Shown piece by piece: positions 23,601 to 36,576 of a stretch of 42,152 nt of DNA (its first letter is position 1; every line of letters starts with the position of its first letter). Position numbers and translations under genes: made by a program. This stretch comes from Chiloscyllium plagiosum (lineage: Eukaryota): NCBI RefSeq assembly GCF_004010195.1, contig NW_025214490.1, forward strand, positions 2,597 through 44,748, given 5' to 3'. The notes beneath the pieces are model-generated. The model saw nothing but the letters and a program-made list of their open reading frames with translations. It was not told where the DNA came from and did no database searches.

Positions 23601-24239
23601 ACACACATCACCCAACAATAGGGGGGTGCAGTGCTAACCTGGTCCTCCTAGGGGCCCGGGTTCGATTACACCGTGTGTGTGGATATGTTCCCCCTGTATC
23701 GGTGTGGGTTTGCTCTGGTCTCCTCGCTAAACTGCCCATACTATGCACCACTTGGAGGGTTAGCTGTGTGAATGGGTCTGGGTGGAGGAACAGTTGGGGC
23801 TGAATGGCCTGTTTCTATATTGCAGAGATTCTATTGGAGTGAGGCTCGCCTGGTCCTCCCAACAGTAGGGGGCAGTGCTCACCCAGACCTCCCAGTAACG
23901 GGCGGGGCCAAAGCGGTCCTCCCATCGATAAAGGGGCGGTGCTTACCGAGGGCGCCCTATAGGGGCGGGGATAGCCCCGTTATCACAATAGGGGGCGGGG
24001 ATAGTCCAGTCCTCCCAATAACGGGCGGGGCTAACGCGGTCCTCCCATCGATAAAGGGGCGGTGCTTACCGAGGGCGCCCAACAGTAGGGGGCGGCGCTA
24101 ACCGAGCCCTTCCAATAGGGCGCGGGGATAACGAAGTCCTCAAAATAGGGGGGCGGGGTTAATCCAGTCCGCCCATCAATAAGGGGCGCCGTTTACCGAT
24201 GTCACACAATAGGGGGCGGGTCTAACCGGGTCCTCCGTA

Positions 24240-27200
24240 TCGAGTGCCAGTCATCACAATATGGGGCGGAGAAAACCCCGTCATCACAATAGGGGGCGGA
24301 GAAAACCAATCATCACAATAGAGGGCGGGGCTAACCGAGTCCTCCGTAAAGAGTGCCAGTCATCACAATAGGGGGCGGAGAAAACCCCGTCATCACAATA
24401 GGGGGCGGAGAAAACCAATCATCACAATAGAGGGCGGGGCTAACCGAGTCCTCCGTAAAGAGTGCCAGTCATCACAATAGGGGGCGGAGAAAACCCCGTC
24501 ATCACAATAGGGGGCGGAGAAAACCAATTCATCACAATAGGGGGCGGGGATAACCCAGTCATCACAAGAGCGGGCGGAGAAAACCCAGTCCACCGTATAG
24601 AGTGTCAGTTATCACAATAGGGGGCACAGAAAACCCAGTCCCCCGTAAAGAGTGCCAGTCATCACAATAGGGGGCGGAGAAAACCCCGTCATCACAATAG
24701 GGGGCGGAGAAAACCAATCATCACAATAGAGGGCGGGGCTAACCGAGTCCTCCGTAAAGAGTGCCAGTCATCACAATAGGGGGCGGAGAAAACCCCGTCA
24801 TCACAATAGGGGGCGGAGAAAACCCAGTCATCACAATAGGGGGCGGGGATAACCCAGTCATCACAAGAGCGGGCGGAGAAAACCCAGTCCACCGTATAGA
24901 GTGTCAGTTATCACAATAGGGGGCACAGAAAACCCAGTCCCCCGTAAAGAGTGCCAGTCATCACAATAGGGGGCGGAGAAAACCCCGTCATCACAATAGG
25001 GGGCGGAGAAAACCAATCATCACAATAGAGGGCGGGGCTAACCGAGTCCTCCGTAAAGAGTGCCAGTCATCACAATAGGGGGCGGAGAAAACCCCGTCAT
25101 CACAATAGGGGGCGGAGAAAACCCAGTCATCACAATAGGGGGCGGGGATAACCCAGTCATCACAAGAGCGGGCGGAGAAAACCCAGTCCACCGTATAGAG
25201 TGTCAGTTATCACAATAGGGGGCACAGAAAACCCAGTCCCCCGTAAAGAGTGCCAGTCATCACAATAGGGGGCGGAGAAAACCCCGTCATCACAATAGGG
25301 GGCGGAGAAAACCAATCATCACAATAGAGGGCGGGGCTAACCGAGTCCTCCGTAAAGAGTGCCAGTCATCACAATAGGGGGCGGAGAAAACCCCGTCATC
25401 ACAATAGGGGGCGGAGAAAACCCAGTCATCACAATAGGGGGCGGGGATAACCCAGTCATCACAAGAGCGGGCGGAGAAAACCCAGTCCACCGTATAGAGT
25501 GTCAGTTATCACAATAGGGGGCACAGAAAACCCAGTCCCCCGTAAAGAGTGCCAGTCATCACAATAGGGGGCGGAGAAAACCCCGTCATCACAATAGGGG
25601 GCGGAGAAAACCAATCATCACAATAGAGGGCGGGGCTAACCGAGTCCTCCGTAAAGAGTGCCAGTCATCACAATAGGGGGCGGAGAAAACCCCGTCATCA
25701 CAATAGGGGGCGGAGAAAACCCAGTCATCACAATAGGGGGCGGGGATAACCCAGTCATCACAAGAGCGGGCGGAGAAAACCCAGTCCACCGTATAGAGTG
25801 TCAGTTATCACAATAGGGGGCACAGAAAACCCAGTCCCCCGTAAAGAGTGCCAGTCATCACAATAGGGGGCGGAGAAAACCCCGTCATCACAATAGGGGG
25901 CGGAGAAAACCAATCATCACAATAGAGGGCGGGGCTAACCGAGTCCTCCGTAAAGAGTGCCAGTCATCACAATAGGGGGCGGAGAAAACCCCGTCATCAC
26001 AATAGGGGGCGGAGAAAACCCAGTCATCACAATAGGGGGCGGGGATAACCCAGTCATCACAAGAGCGGGCGGAGAAAACCCAGTCCACCGTATAGAGTGT
26101 CAGTTATCACAATAGGGGGCACAGAAAACCCAGTCCCCCGTAAAGAGTGCCAGTCATCACAATAGGGGGCGGAGAAAACCCCGTCATCACAATAGGGGGC
26201 GGAGAAAACCAATCATCACAATAGAGGGCGGGGCTAACCGAGTCCTCCGTAAAGAGTGCCAGTCATCACAATAGGGGGCGGAGAAAACCCCGTCATCACA
26301 ATAGGGGGCGGAGAAAACCCAGTCATCACAATAGGGGGCGGGGATAACCCAGTCATCACAAGAGCGGGCGGAGAAAACCCAGTCCACCGTATAGAGTGTC
26401 AGTTATCACAATAGGGGGCACAGAAAACCCAGTCCCCCGTAAAGAGTGCCAGTCATCACAATAGGGGGCGGAGAAAACCCCGTCATCACAATAGGGGGCG
26501 GAGAAAACCAATCATCACAATAGAGGGCGGGGCTAACCGAGTCCTCCGTAAAGAGTGCCAGTCATCACAATAGGGGGCGGAGAAAACCCCGTCATCACAA
26601 TAGGGGGCGGAGAAAACCCAGTCATCACAATAGGGGGCGGGGATAACCCAGTCATCACAAGAGCGGGCGGAGAAAACCCAGTCCACCGTATAGAGTGTCA
26701 GTTATCACAATAGGGGGCACAGAAAACCCAGTCCCCCGTAAAGAGTGCCAGTCATCACAATAGGGGGCGGAGAAAACCCCGTCATCACAATAGGGGGCGG
26801 AGAAAACCAATCATCACAATAGAGGGCGGGGCTAACCGAGTCCTCCGTAAAGAGTGCCAGTCATCACAATAGGGGGCGGAGAAAACCCCGTCATCACAAT
26901 AGGGGGCGGAGAAAACCCAGTCATCACAATAGGGGGCGGGGATAACCCAGTCATCACAAGAGCGGGCGGAGAAAACCCAGTCCACCGTATAGAGTGTCAG
27001 TTATCACAATAGGGGGCACAGAAAACCCAGTCCCCCGTAAAGAGTGCCAGTCATCACAATAGGGGGCGGAGAAAACCCCGTCATCACAATAGGGGGCGGA
27101 GAAAACCAATCATCACAATAGAGGGCGGGGCTAACCGAGTCCTCCGTAAAGAGTGCCAGTCATCACAATAGGGGGCGGAGAAAACCCCGTCATCACAATA

Positions 27201-27503
27201 GGGGGCGGAGAAAACCCAGTCATCACAATAGGGGGCGGGGATAACCCAGTCATCACAAGAGCGGGCGGAGAAAACCCAGTCCACCGTATAGAGTGTCAGT
27301 TATCACAATAGGGGGCACAGAAAACCCAGTCCCCCGTAAAGAGTGCCAGTCATCACAATAGGGGGCGGAGAAAACCCCGTCATCACAATAGGGGGCGGAG
27401 AAAACCAATCATCACAATAGAGGGCGGGGCTAACCGAGTCCTCCGTAAAGAGTGCCAGTCATCACAATAGGGGGCGGAGAAAACCCCGTCATCACAATAG
27501 GGG
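24240..27503. repeat. 299-bp higher-order tandem repeat (~11 copies) built from ~30-bp subunits
   Basis: Near-identical minus-strand ORFs every 299 bp from 24393 to 27383. Subunit tcatcacaatagggggcggagaaaaccc(c/a)g; degenerate precursors at ~23850-24240. Confidence 0.95.
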
Positions 27504-27883
27504 CCACGTGTTTGTGTGTGTGGGGGCTGTACCCAGACGTGTGTGGCGGGGGAGGAGCTGTACCACGTGTTTATATGGGGGTAGTGGGGCTGTCGCAATG
27601 CGTGTGTGTAGGTGGAGGGGCTGTACCACATGTATGTGTGTGTGGGGGAGAAGCTGTACCACGTGTTTGTGGGAGGGCGGAGCATGATAAAATAATTGCA
27701 TGGAATGTGGTATCCTGTCACCATGTCAGACGTGGAGAGTCCGTGAACCTGCTCCATCTCCCAGAGTGATAAAGACCCGCCCGCCTCGACACTCCTGTTT
27801 ATAGCTGGCAGCCAGGACTCCCTGATTGGAGCAGATGAACAGCCCCAATCTGGAAACTCCTATTCTCTGGCTGACCTCTACTA

Positions 27884-28098
27884 TCCCTGGGAGGTGCTGA
27901 GGACAGTCCCTGAGTGTGGTTGGGGTTGGTGGGGGGATTGAAGCAGTGCCTGAGGGGGATGGAGGTTGTTTAGGGCAGTCCCTGGGAGGTGCTGAGGACA
28001 GTCCCTGAGTGTGGTTGGGGTTGGCGGGGGGATTGAAGCAGTGCCTGAGGGGGATGGAGGTTGTTTAGGGCAGTCCCTGGGAGGTGCTGAGGACAGTC
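27884..28098. repeat. 95-bp tandem duplication (~2.2 copies)
   Basis: tccctgggaggtgctgaggacagtcc at 27884, 27979 and 28074. Confidence 0.85.
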
Positions 28099-28402
28099 CT
28101 GTAGCGGGTGGGTCAGCATTAAGACAGCAAGAGCAACTGATTCTTCTGGGCTCGGTTTGGAAATAGGCCGTCAAGATTTCTGACAGAGGTTTATGGATCT
28201 TACTGTTAAACAGAGAGCACGAGAGGGAGTGAAGTCCCAGTTAAAAGTTGGCAGAGCAACTTGAGAATTAGAAGTAGGAAGTATCTCGCTGCTGTGTTCA
28301 TTCTGTGTTGAAGCACAGTGTCCCCTGTTTTCGAAATAGCAGGATAATCATGGTGTAGGTCATCTGGGCTCTGTGCTGTATGTACCTCTTAAATGTTTGT
28401 CT

Positions 28403-28665
28403 CCAACCTCTCCCATCGGGGAGTAGGTACAGAAGCCTGAACACACACCAAAGCCGTTTTCCTAACAGTTTCACCCCTACTGTTGTTAAAATACTGAATG
28501 GACTCGCAGACTCTTAACATCCGCCTGTCCCTGTGTTTTTGTTTTTGCCGCTGTTTACCTATTATTTACAGAACTATGCTACGTAACTGTGTGATCTGCC
28601 TGTATTGCTCACCAGACAAACCTTTTCACTGTGCCTCGGTACACGTGATAATCACTCCAATTCAA
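28403..28665 (+). mobile_element. Non-CR1 LINE 3' end (Rex/Babar-like)
   Basis: Translates to PLPSGSRYRSLNTHQSRFPNSFTPTVVKILN, resembling the LPSGRRYRS..RFxNSF.P LINE C-terminus, followed by a 3' UTR-like tail. Confidence 0.55.
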
Positions 28666-28677
28666 TACCGTCCACAG

Positions 28678-28764
28678 GCCACAGCTCAGTTGAAGGAAGC
28701 GTTTAAGGATCCCTCGGTGGTCCCTGCACTTTGCACCATCCTCGCAAATTCACCAAACCCTCAG
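28678..28764 (+). CDS. IPO4: Importin-4, coding exon 2
   Basis: AG/GT bounded, 87 nt. ATAQLKEAFKDPSVVPALCTILANSPNPQ aligns with human ATEQLQIVLRAPAALPALCDLLASAADPQ (recalled). Confidence 0.88.
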
Positions 28765-29019
28765 GTAAACAGCTTCTAATCTTGTTTAGACCAGCTTTGG
28801 GAAGATACAAAACTCTTTCGGTCATCAGAGGGGCTCCAAGAGAGAGTGGAAATGAGGGGAAATGAAGTGTTTCTGTTTGTCAGGAAGCAGGACAGGGAGG
28901 AGAATGGAGTTTGCAAAATACACTCATTAAATCGCAGGAAGAATAATGTGATTATTGTCAGCCAGTAATATACAGTGGATATGACGGGCCGTAGAGTAGG
29001 TGAAATGTTCCGTAGAAAG

Positions 29020-29480
29020 CGTTCAGAAAAGATTTACCAGGATGTTGCCAGGAATAGAGGGTTTCAGATATTAAAGTAGACTGGAACTTCTTTCACTGGA
29101 GTTAGGAGGTTGTGGGCTGACCGTAGTGTGGTTTATACAATGACGAGGGGCGTAGATGAGATGGAATGACGAGGGTCTTTTCCTTGGGGTGGGAAGTTCA
29201 AACGTGGGGGGTTATTTTTGAGGTGAGAGAAGAAAGATTTTTAAAAAGGATATGAGGGGCAACTTCTTTTTCCTCGGAATGGTTCGTGTGTGGAATGAAC
29301 TTTGGGAGAAAGTGGAGGGTGCAGGTCCAGTTATTGTGTTGAAAAGACATTTGGACAGGTACCTGAATAGGAAAGGGCTGGAGAGATGTGTGTCATGTAC
29401 AGGCAGGTGGGACGAGGGTGGTTTGGGGAACCTGGTTGGGCCGAAGGGTGTGTTTCTGTGCTGCCTGACTCTCTGGCTGT
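29020..29480 (+). mobile_element. CR1 3' fragment
   Basis: cagaaaagatttaccaggatgttgcc, then MRGNFFF...VRVWNEL...LKRHLDRYLNRKGLE. Confidence 0.75.
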
Positions 29481-30230
29481 TAATGTGTGTGACCACGCGT
29501 GGCACACTGGTGTGGAAGTGTTTGGTGATACCGAATTTGAATATTGCTGGTGGAAAGGCAGACTTTGTCAGAGCCGAGATGTCTGACCGCCAGCAAAACA
29601 TCTCCATCTGCGCCCTGCATAACTCTGGCCTGCGGAGACTTCTTTAACAACCGTTGGCGACCGTTTCGATTTGCGTCGTTAAACAGTTCAGTTTGTGTCC
29701 CATTCACATTCCACCGCCTGCCAGAGTGGGATTCAAACCAGGGTTAACGCTTCCAATCCAGTGACTCTTCTCCAGAATTGTAAAAGGCTCCCTTGAGTAG
29801 GGGTGTCAACCCTGCTTTCTGCCTCCAAAGATGCTGCCAGACCTCTTGAGGTCCTCCAGCAGTTTCTGTTTTTCTCTCTGATTTCCAGAGTCCATAGTTC
29901 CACGTTTGATTTGGATCACCCTGATGTGTTGAGCTCCACCATTAAACCGCTCCACTTGCAGCATGTGAACTGGCCACTGTGTTTCCCACACTGTTGCCAA
30001 ATTTCCCCCAGAGCGTGAGACCGTTCACCTCTCTCGTCCCTTTCTCATCCCGTTGCTTCCCTTTTCCATGTCGGTGTTGAACGGGTGAAGCCGGCCGCAG
30101 TCCCCAGGCAGCAGTGTTCGCTGGTCTCATCAAAATTCTTTCCTCCTTTCAGCCTTGTGTTTTTTTGGTGTTTCTGCCTGCCCTGGTGAAAACCCGACTT
30201 ACCGGCCTTTCTTCCTGTCCCCCCCTTTAG

Positions 30231-30310
30231 ATCCGTCAGTTTGCAGCAGTGCTGGTGAGGAGGAGAGTGGCAAAGCACTGGAAGAAACTCTCGGTGGATC
30301 TCAAAGAGAA
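30231..30310 (+). CDS. IPO4: Importin-4, exon 3
   Basis: tttag|ATC...GAGAA|gtatgg. IRQFAAVLVRRRVAKHWKKLSVDLKE; ends in phase 2. Confidence 0.92.
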
Positions 30311-30719
30311 GTATGGGGAATGAACCTTTTAAACCGATCCACTAAAATAACTACCCGAGTGTCAGATTAGCTTCATGCTTTGTGCAGTAAGGACTGTCAG
30401 CAACCTGGGATTCGATGGTGATTGTTTGAAAGAACAGGCCACAGGAAGCTATGCAGTCCTGGGATTGTCTGGTGGGGCTGTCGTACAGGCAGCGTTACTT
30501 TCAGCTTCAGCACCTAAGAGCGTAACAGCCAGGAGCAGGAGTAGGCCACCTGGCCCCTCGAGCCTGATCAATAAGCTCAGGGCTGATCTGTTTGTGGCCT
30601 CAGCTCCACTTACCCACCCTGTCACCGTAAGCCTTGTTTCTGTCCCTATAAAAAGTAGGCAAGCTTTACTCTATCTAATCTTGTGCTCCCCATGTCCAGA
30701 GAATGTTTGATGGGGGGAG

Positions 30720-32160
30720 ACGGTGCAGAGGGAGCTTGACTCTGTATCTAACCCCGTGCTGTCCCTGTGCCTGGGAGTGTTTGGGACAGTGTAGAGGGAG
30801 CTTTACTCTGTATCTAACCGTGTGCTGTGTCTGTCTTGGTGGGAGTGTTTGGGACAGTGTAGAGGGAGCTTTACTCTGTATCTTACCGTGTGCTGTGTCT
30901 GTCTTGGTGGGAGTGTTTGGGACAGTGTAGAGGGGGTTTTACTCTGTATCTAACCGTGTGCAGTGCCTGTCTCGGTGGGAGTGTTTGGGACAGTGTAGAG
31001 GAAGCTTTACTCTGTATCTAACCCCGTGCTGTCCCTGTCCGTGGGATGGGGGGGGGGGGGTGGGGAAGAGTGTAGAGTGAGCTTGACTCTGTATCTAACC
31101 CAGTGCTGTCCCTGTCCCTGGGAGTGTTTGGGAGAGTGTAGAGAGAGCTTTACTCTGTATCTAACCGTGCGCGGTGTCTGTCTTGGTGGGAGTGTTTGGG
31201 ACAGTGTAGAGGGAGCTTTACTCTGTATCTAACAGTGCGCGGTGTCTGTCTCGGTGGGAGTGTTTGGGAGAGTGTAGAAGGAGCTTTACTCTGTATCTAA
31301 CCGTGTGCGGTGCCTGTCTCAGTGGGAGTGTTTGGGACAGTGTAGAGGGAGCTTTACTCTGTATCTAACCGTGTGCTGTGCCTGTCTCAGTGGGATTGTT
31401 TGGGACAGTGTAGAGGCAGCTTTACTCTGTATCTAACCGTGTGCGGTGCCTGTCTCGGTGGGAGTGTTTGGGACAGTGTAGAGGGAGCTTTACTCTGTAT
31501 CTAACCGTGTGCTGTGTCTGTCTCAGTGGGAGTGTTTGGGACAGTGTAGAGGGAGCTTTACTCTGTATCTAACCGTGTGCTGTGCCTGTCTCAGTGGGAT
31601 TGTTTGGGACAGTGTAGAGGCAGCTTTACTCTGTATCTAACCGTGTGCAGTGCCTGTCTCGGTGGGAGTGTTTGGGACAGTGTAGAGGGAGCTTTACTCT
31701 GTATCTAACCGTATGCTGTGCCTGTCTCGGTGGGAGTGTTTCGGACAGTGTAGAGGGAGCTTTACTCTGTATCGAACCGTGTGCAGTGCCTGTCTCGGTG
31801 GGAGTGTTTGGGACAGTGTAGCGGGAGCTTTACTCTGTATCGAACCCCGTGCTGTCCCTGTCTCGGTGGGAATGTTTGGGACAGTGTAGAGGGAGCTTTA
31901 CTCTGTATCGAACCCCGTGCTGTGCCTGTCTCGGTGGGAGTGTTTGGGACAGTGTAGAGGGAGCTTTACTCTGTATCTAACCGTGTGCTGTGTCTGTCTC
32001 GGTTGGAGTGTTTGGGGCAGTGTAGAGGGAGCTTTACTCTGTATCTAACCGTGTGCTGTGCCTGTCTCGGTGGGAGTGTTTGGGACAGTGTAGCGGGAGC
32101 TTTACTCTGTATCGAACCCCGTGCTGTCCCTGTCTCGGTGGGAGTGTTTGGGACAGTGTT
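30720..32160. repeat. 68-bp minisatellite (~21 copies)
   Basis: Unit gggagtgtttgggacagtgtagagggagctttactctgtatctaaccgtgtgctgtg(t/c)ctgtctcggt. Confidence 0.92.
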
Positions 32161-32238
32161 TGTCTCTGCATGTGTTTCAGAGGCCTTTATGATGTACTGA
32201 TGGAGTCTATCTCTCTCTTTCTCCTTTGTGCCCTTCAG

Positions 32239-32280
32239 TTTGAAGCCAATAGTTCTGCAGTCTCTACAGCAGGAACATGA
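32239..32280 (+). CDS. IPO4: Importin-4, exon 4
   Basis: ttcag|T TTG AAG...CAT GA|gtaagt. 42 nt, (N)LKPIVLQSLQQEH(E); phases match both neighbours. Confidence 0.88.
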   Translation, partial: FEANSSAVSTAGT

Positions 32281-33024
32281 GTAAGTGTGGGGGCTGTGAA
32301 GTGTGTGGGTTGGGGGAAAGAATGCAGATGGTCAGATCTATTAACCCGAGGCTTATGCAGGAAAACTGGATGGCTGCTGAGAACGTGTGGTCCATCATCC
32401 TCTGCAGGGCCGAATGATTGATTGCCTGACGGTCGTTACTGAGTCTGGCTTCCTCAAGCTTTTGAATTTCACCCGTGCATTCACGTGAACTAATGTAGCG
32501 CATTGGCCGATCATTTGGTCATTATTGTGTTGCTGTTAATTGGAGCTTGGCTGGTCTGGTTCCTACTCCAGAAGCTGTACGTGTGTCTGTGTGTCTCTGT
32601 GTGTGTGAGGCAGACTCATGCCAACTGTGTGGGCTCAATTCTCACANNNNNNNNNNNNNNNNNNNNNNNNNNNNNNNNNNNNNNNNNNNNNNNNNNNNNN
32701 NNNNNNNNNNNNNNNNNNNNNNNNNNNNNNNNNNNNNNNNNNNNNNNNNNNNNNNNNNNNNNNNNNNNNNNNNNNNNNNNNNNNNNNNNNNNNNNNNNNN
32801 NNNNNNNNNNNNNNNNNNNNNNNNNNNNNNNNNNNNNNNNNNNNNNNNNNNNNNNNNNNNNNNNNNNNNNNNNNNNNNNNNNNNNNNNNNNNNNNNNNNG
32901 GGAATGTGGAAGTGTCTGCCTGAACTCCTAACAGTGTGCGTATGTAAAACCCTTTTTTTGGTAAGAGATTGAGTGAGTGTGTGAATTGTATTTATTTATG
33001 ACTATGTGTGAAGGAGAAACCCAA

Positions 33025-33110
33025 TCTCTCTCTGTCTCTCTCTCTCTCTGTGTGTCTCTCTCTGTCTCTCTGTCTCGCTCTCTCGCGCTCTCTCTCTCTT
33101 TTCTCTCTTT
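33025..33110. repeat. (CT)n-rich microsatellite
   Basis: Imperfect tctc/tgtc run. Confidence 0.8.
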
Positions 33111-33224
33111 GTCAAGAAGCCTGCAAAGTCTATGGTGACCTCTGTTAATGAAAGCATTTTCAGGCATTTGGTTGTGAAAGGTGCAATATAGATGCAGGAC
33201 TACTTTTCTCACTGAGTAGCATCA

Positions 33225-33545
33225 GAGAAAGCAGTGCAGAAGAGGCCATTTGACCCATTCACTCTGCACCGACACTCCCACCTATCCCCATAACCCTGCA
33301 TTTCCCATGGCTAACCCACCTCGCCAGCATGTCCCTGCACACTGTGGGACAATTTACCTCGGCTAATCCACCCTGACCTGCACATCTTCGGACAGTTGGG
33401 AGGAAACTGGAGCACCCGGTGGAAACCCACGCAGACACGGGGAGAATGTGCAAACCCCACACAGACAGCCGCCCAAAGGTGGGATCAAACCCAGGTCCCT
33501 GGCGCTGTGAGGCAGCAGTGCTAACCACTGAGCCGCCATACTGCC
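33225..33545 (-). mobile_element. HE1-like V-SINE, near full length
   Basis: Ends in ggcgctgtgaggcagcagtgctaaccactgagccgcc, the reverse complement of the tRNA-derived head. Confidence 0.85.
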
Positions 33546-33922
33546 CTACTCTGTCTCTGATTGAGACATCATCAAGCTGACATGTTCACTGTGTCTCTGG
33601 TGTTTTTCTGATTTCTTTCAGTTAAGGCTGTTAGATGTTAAGGCCAGTTAGTTTTTCCAGAGTTAACCCAACCATTTGATTGAGTTTGAAGTGGTGGGCA
33701 CAGACTGGAAGGGCTGAATGGCCCTTTTTCCGTAAGCATGCTGACCTCTCAGCACACCGTGAGGTCAGCTACTGGAACCGTTCTCCTTTCCCCCCCCGTG
33801 CCACGCCGCACTCGGGCACACAAACCTGACTGGATGTAGCTTTTGCCGTGTTGTGATGTTCCTCTGAAACTTTCCGATCCTCACCTCCGCGTCATTCCTC
33901 CTCCCCCCACCCCCTTTGGCAG

Positions 33923-34052
33923 ACACAAGGTCCGGCACTCTGTCGCTCAGCTGGCAGCCATTATCGTCAAGCATGAAACGCCCGAGAAGTGGCCGCAGTT
34001 GCTTCAGTTTATAACTCAATGGACAAAGAGCAGTGTTCCGGAAGAGAGACAG
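33923..34052 (+). CDS. IPO4: Importin-4, exon 5
   Basis: ggcag|A CAC...CAG|gtgggt. HKVRHSVAQLAAIIVKHETPEKWPQLLQFITQWTKSSVPEERQ, including the importin-beta WPQLL motif. Confidence 0.93.
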
Positions 34053-34309
34053 GTGGGTCAAGGCTGCTGTAGGCCGAGGCTGATCGATCAGTCTGGTTCC
34101 CCCGCCCAGCGACATGACACCGTTTTCACCCTGGCCACTTGCATGGCGCGTTTGTAAATGTTGGAAACAGAAGTGATCTCCGAAAAGAGGTTGTGCTTTT
34201 CCGACTCAGCTCCAGAACTTGGGAAAGCAAGTGGCGAGGACAGCGCATGAGGGACATAGACAGGCTAAACTGGACAGGTGGAATTGTGGGGAAATGGGAG
34301 GTTCTGCAG

Positions 34310-34740
34310 GAAGAATACTGGAGCTGAATATTATTTAAATGGGGAAAGACTGCGGAAAGCTGCAGGGCAAAGAGCTAGCCTGCAGGTTCAACGCCACGAA
34401 GGAAGACACTGGGGGGGGGGGGGGGAAGTATAAAAGTCGGGCGGCTTTTCACTAAAACTGTACATGGCACTGGTCAGAACTGTGTGCAGCTTCAGGGCCC
34501 CTTCTCTAAGGGAAGACTAGATCAGACAACAGAGGCAAACCAGAGAAGGTTCCCTCGGCTGCTCCCGGGGATGGAGGGACTGTCTGAGGGAGAGGGCAAG
34601 TCCGTTGGGGCCTGGACTCGAGTTTAGAAGAATCACAGGCGACTGGATTGAAACGGACAAGATCCTGCGGGGGGGGTGGGGAGGAGATGAGGAGAGGTAT
34701 TCAAGGCTGGGATAGAGTGGGAGAGGTTTTTAATCAGGAA
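34310..34740 (+). mobile_element. Decayed CR1 fragments
   Basis: gagctgaatattatttaaatggggaaagactg, aaactgtacatggcactggtcaga and related CR1-like segments. Confidence 0.55.
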
Positions 34741-34921
34741 GGGGGGGAATCGAGGGGACAAGGCAGCAAACTGATCCTATCCTGACCTGACATGTCCTTG
34801 TGTTTGTTCTGAAGCGAGCGGTTGTAGGCGGGCGCCCCTGAATTAAAGGACAGCGATGGCTGAGTCTCGAGCCCACAGGGCAGCAGTAACTGATCCATTC
34901 TGTCTTTGATCGGGGCTTCAG

Positions 34922-35101
34922 GTCGGGATGCTGCTGCTGAGCACTGTCGTGGACATCAGCACCGAGTCCTTCAAGCGACATTTTCGTGAACTGATGCGTC
35001 TCTTCCACCAGACGCTGGAGGACCACGACAACCCATTGGTGGTCTTCTACACCATTCAGACACTCACTGCTGTGGTCTCCTACATGGGAACAGATGAAGT
35101 G
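34922..35101 (+). CDS. IPO4: Importin-4, exon 6
   Basis: ttcag|GTC...GTG|gtaagt. 180 nt, VGMLLLSTVVDISTESFKRHFRELMRLFHQTLEDHDNPLVVFYTIQTLTAVVSYMGTDEV. Confidence 0.93.
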
Positions 35102-36576
35102 GTAAGTCTTGTCTGGCTGAGACGCAAAGTGTGACCCCTTGTTCACTAACGACATAACGTTTGCCAGTCATGTAAGCAAGGTATTCATCTCTTCAGGCTT
35201 TTAATTGTGGGCAACGTGAGAGTCCGATCTCACCCCACGTGAGCCTTTGGGTCTCTGCTGTCGAGTGAGATTTGTCCTCTGGCCTCCAATCAAAATGCAG
35301 TCAGGAGTTCACAGCCCAACAAGCAGCAGGAACAATCCGCTGTTAGGTTTTATGACTCGAGTTGCAGGACGGATAAGGCCAAGTTTTGTCGTTTAATTGT
35401 CCAAATAAGTTGGCTCCTGTGCGTTGCAGGTCCAGCAGCAGTTCTGTGCTTTAAATTGGTGTAAGCTTTTTAACTGCTTGCTTTAAGGAGCGGCAGTCAC
35501 TTTCTCTTAAAGTGTGCGTGTGTAACCAACTTGAAAATTATGCTCTCTGGTTAGTTTTCATTCGTAACTCTTGTGACTCGCAACTTGGGTGGCTTTCTCG
35601 CAGTGGGTAGCTTAAATGACCTTTTTTTATTATTTGTTTTCAGTGAGCCATAGAATAAACTGGGCTGTACAAGTTGTGCTGATTTTTTGACGTCCGGTAG
35701 TCGAGGCGGTGTGATTGAGTTGTTGACCATAAGATATAGGAGCAGCCTTGGGCCATCCAGCCCATCAAGTCATTCTGACATTCTCTCGTGGTTGATAGGT
35801 TTGTCACTGGTGAATAAGCAGTAATTCTCAAAAGTCTCTCGTCAGCTAGAAGCCACGAAATCCGTCTCCCAAAGTAGACGGATTTTTGTGAAGTCAGCGT
35901 GGTCCTGTGACTTGTCAGAATGGAAAGACCCTTTTCTCGATTTTAAACGAAATAGTGAACTGCAGACCTTTGCAGACATCCACTCCCTTTTCTGAACATG
36001 AAAGTTGCCAGGCGCCAGGAAACCCCAGGGAAATTTGTTGTGCTCTTGCCATCCTGTTGCTGGCGACTGTGGAGTCGGGAATTAATTGTGGACCAAGCTG
36101 GGGATGATCCAGACACGAGGTTCCCACACCCTGGTGGTGAAGAGCTTTGGGAGCTGTGGTCAATATCCCCCTCAAACACAACCAGTCGCACGCCATGTCC
36201 CTCCCATTATTCCTACAAAGCGTCCCGTTCCAAAATGAATTCTCAAAGTCTGCTCCTGCTGACTCCGAGGAAGCCTGTTTGGCAGATTTACCGGAACTTC
36301 GGGTGAACCTTCAGGATTGAGGTAAATTTAATCTAGAATGTTTAAAGGTGGTCGGGCTAAACCATTTGTAACCCGTTGTCTCCCCAGACTCTGTTTATGA
36401 TCATTATTCCCCCGCACAGAATGTCTGTTGGTCATTACTGACACAGTTCATCCTTGTCGTCACAGACTCTTGCTAATTTGCTGAATGTGGCGGGGGCCTT
36501 ATTCAATACCGCTGTAGCTGGGGGGTGATTTCTCTCTCAAACGTGACCCTGACACCCTTTTCTGTTCCCGCTGCAG

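Noticed and set aside
22600-23611. 330-aa minus-strand ORFs
   Set aside because: Translations of the 41-bp repeat in several frames.
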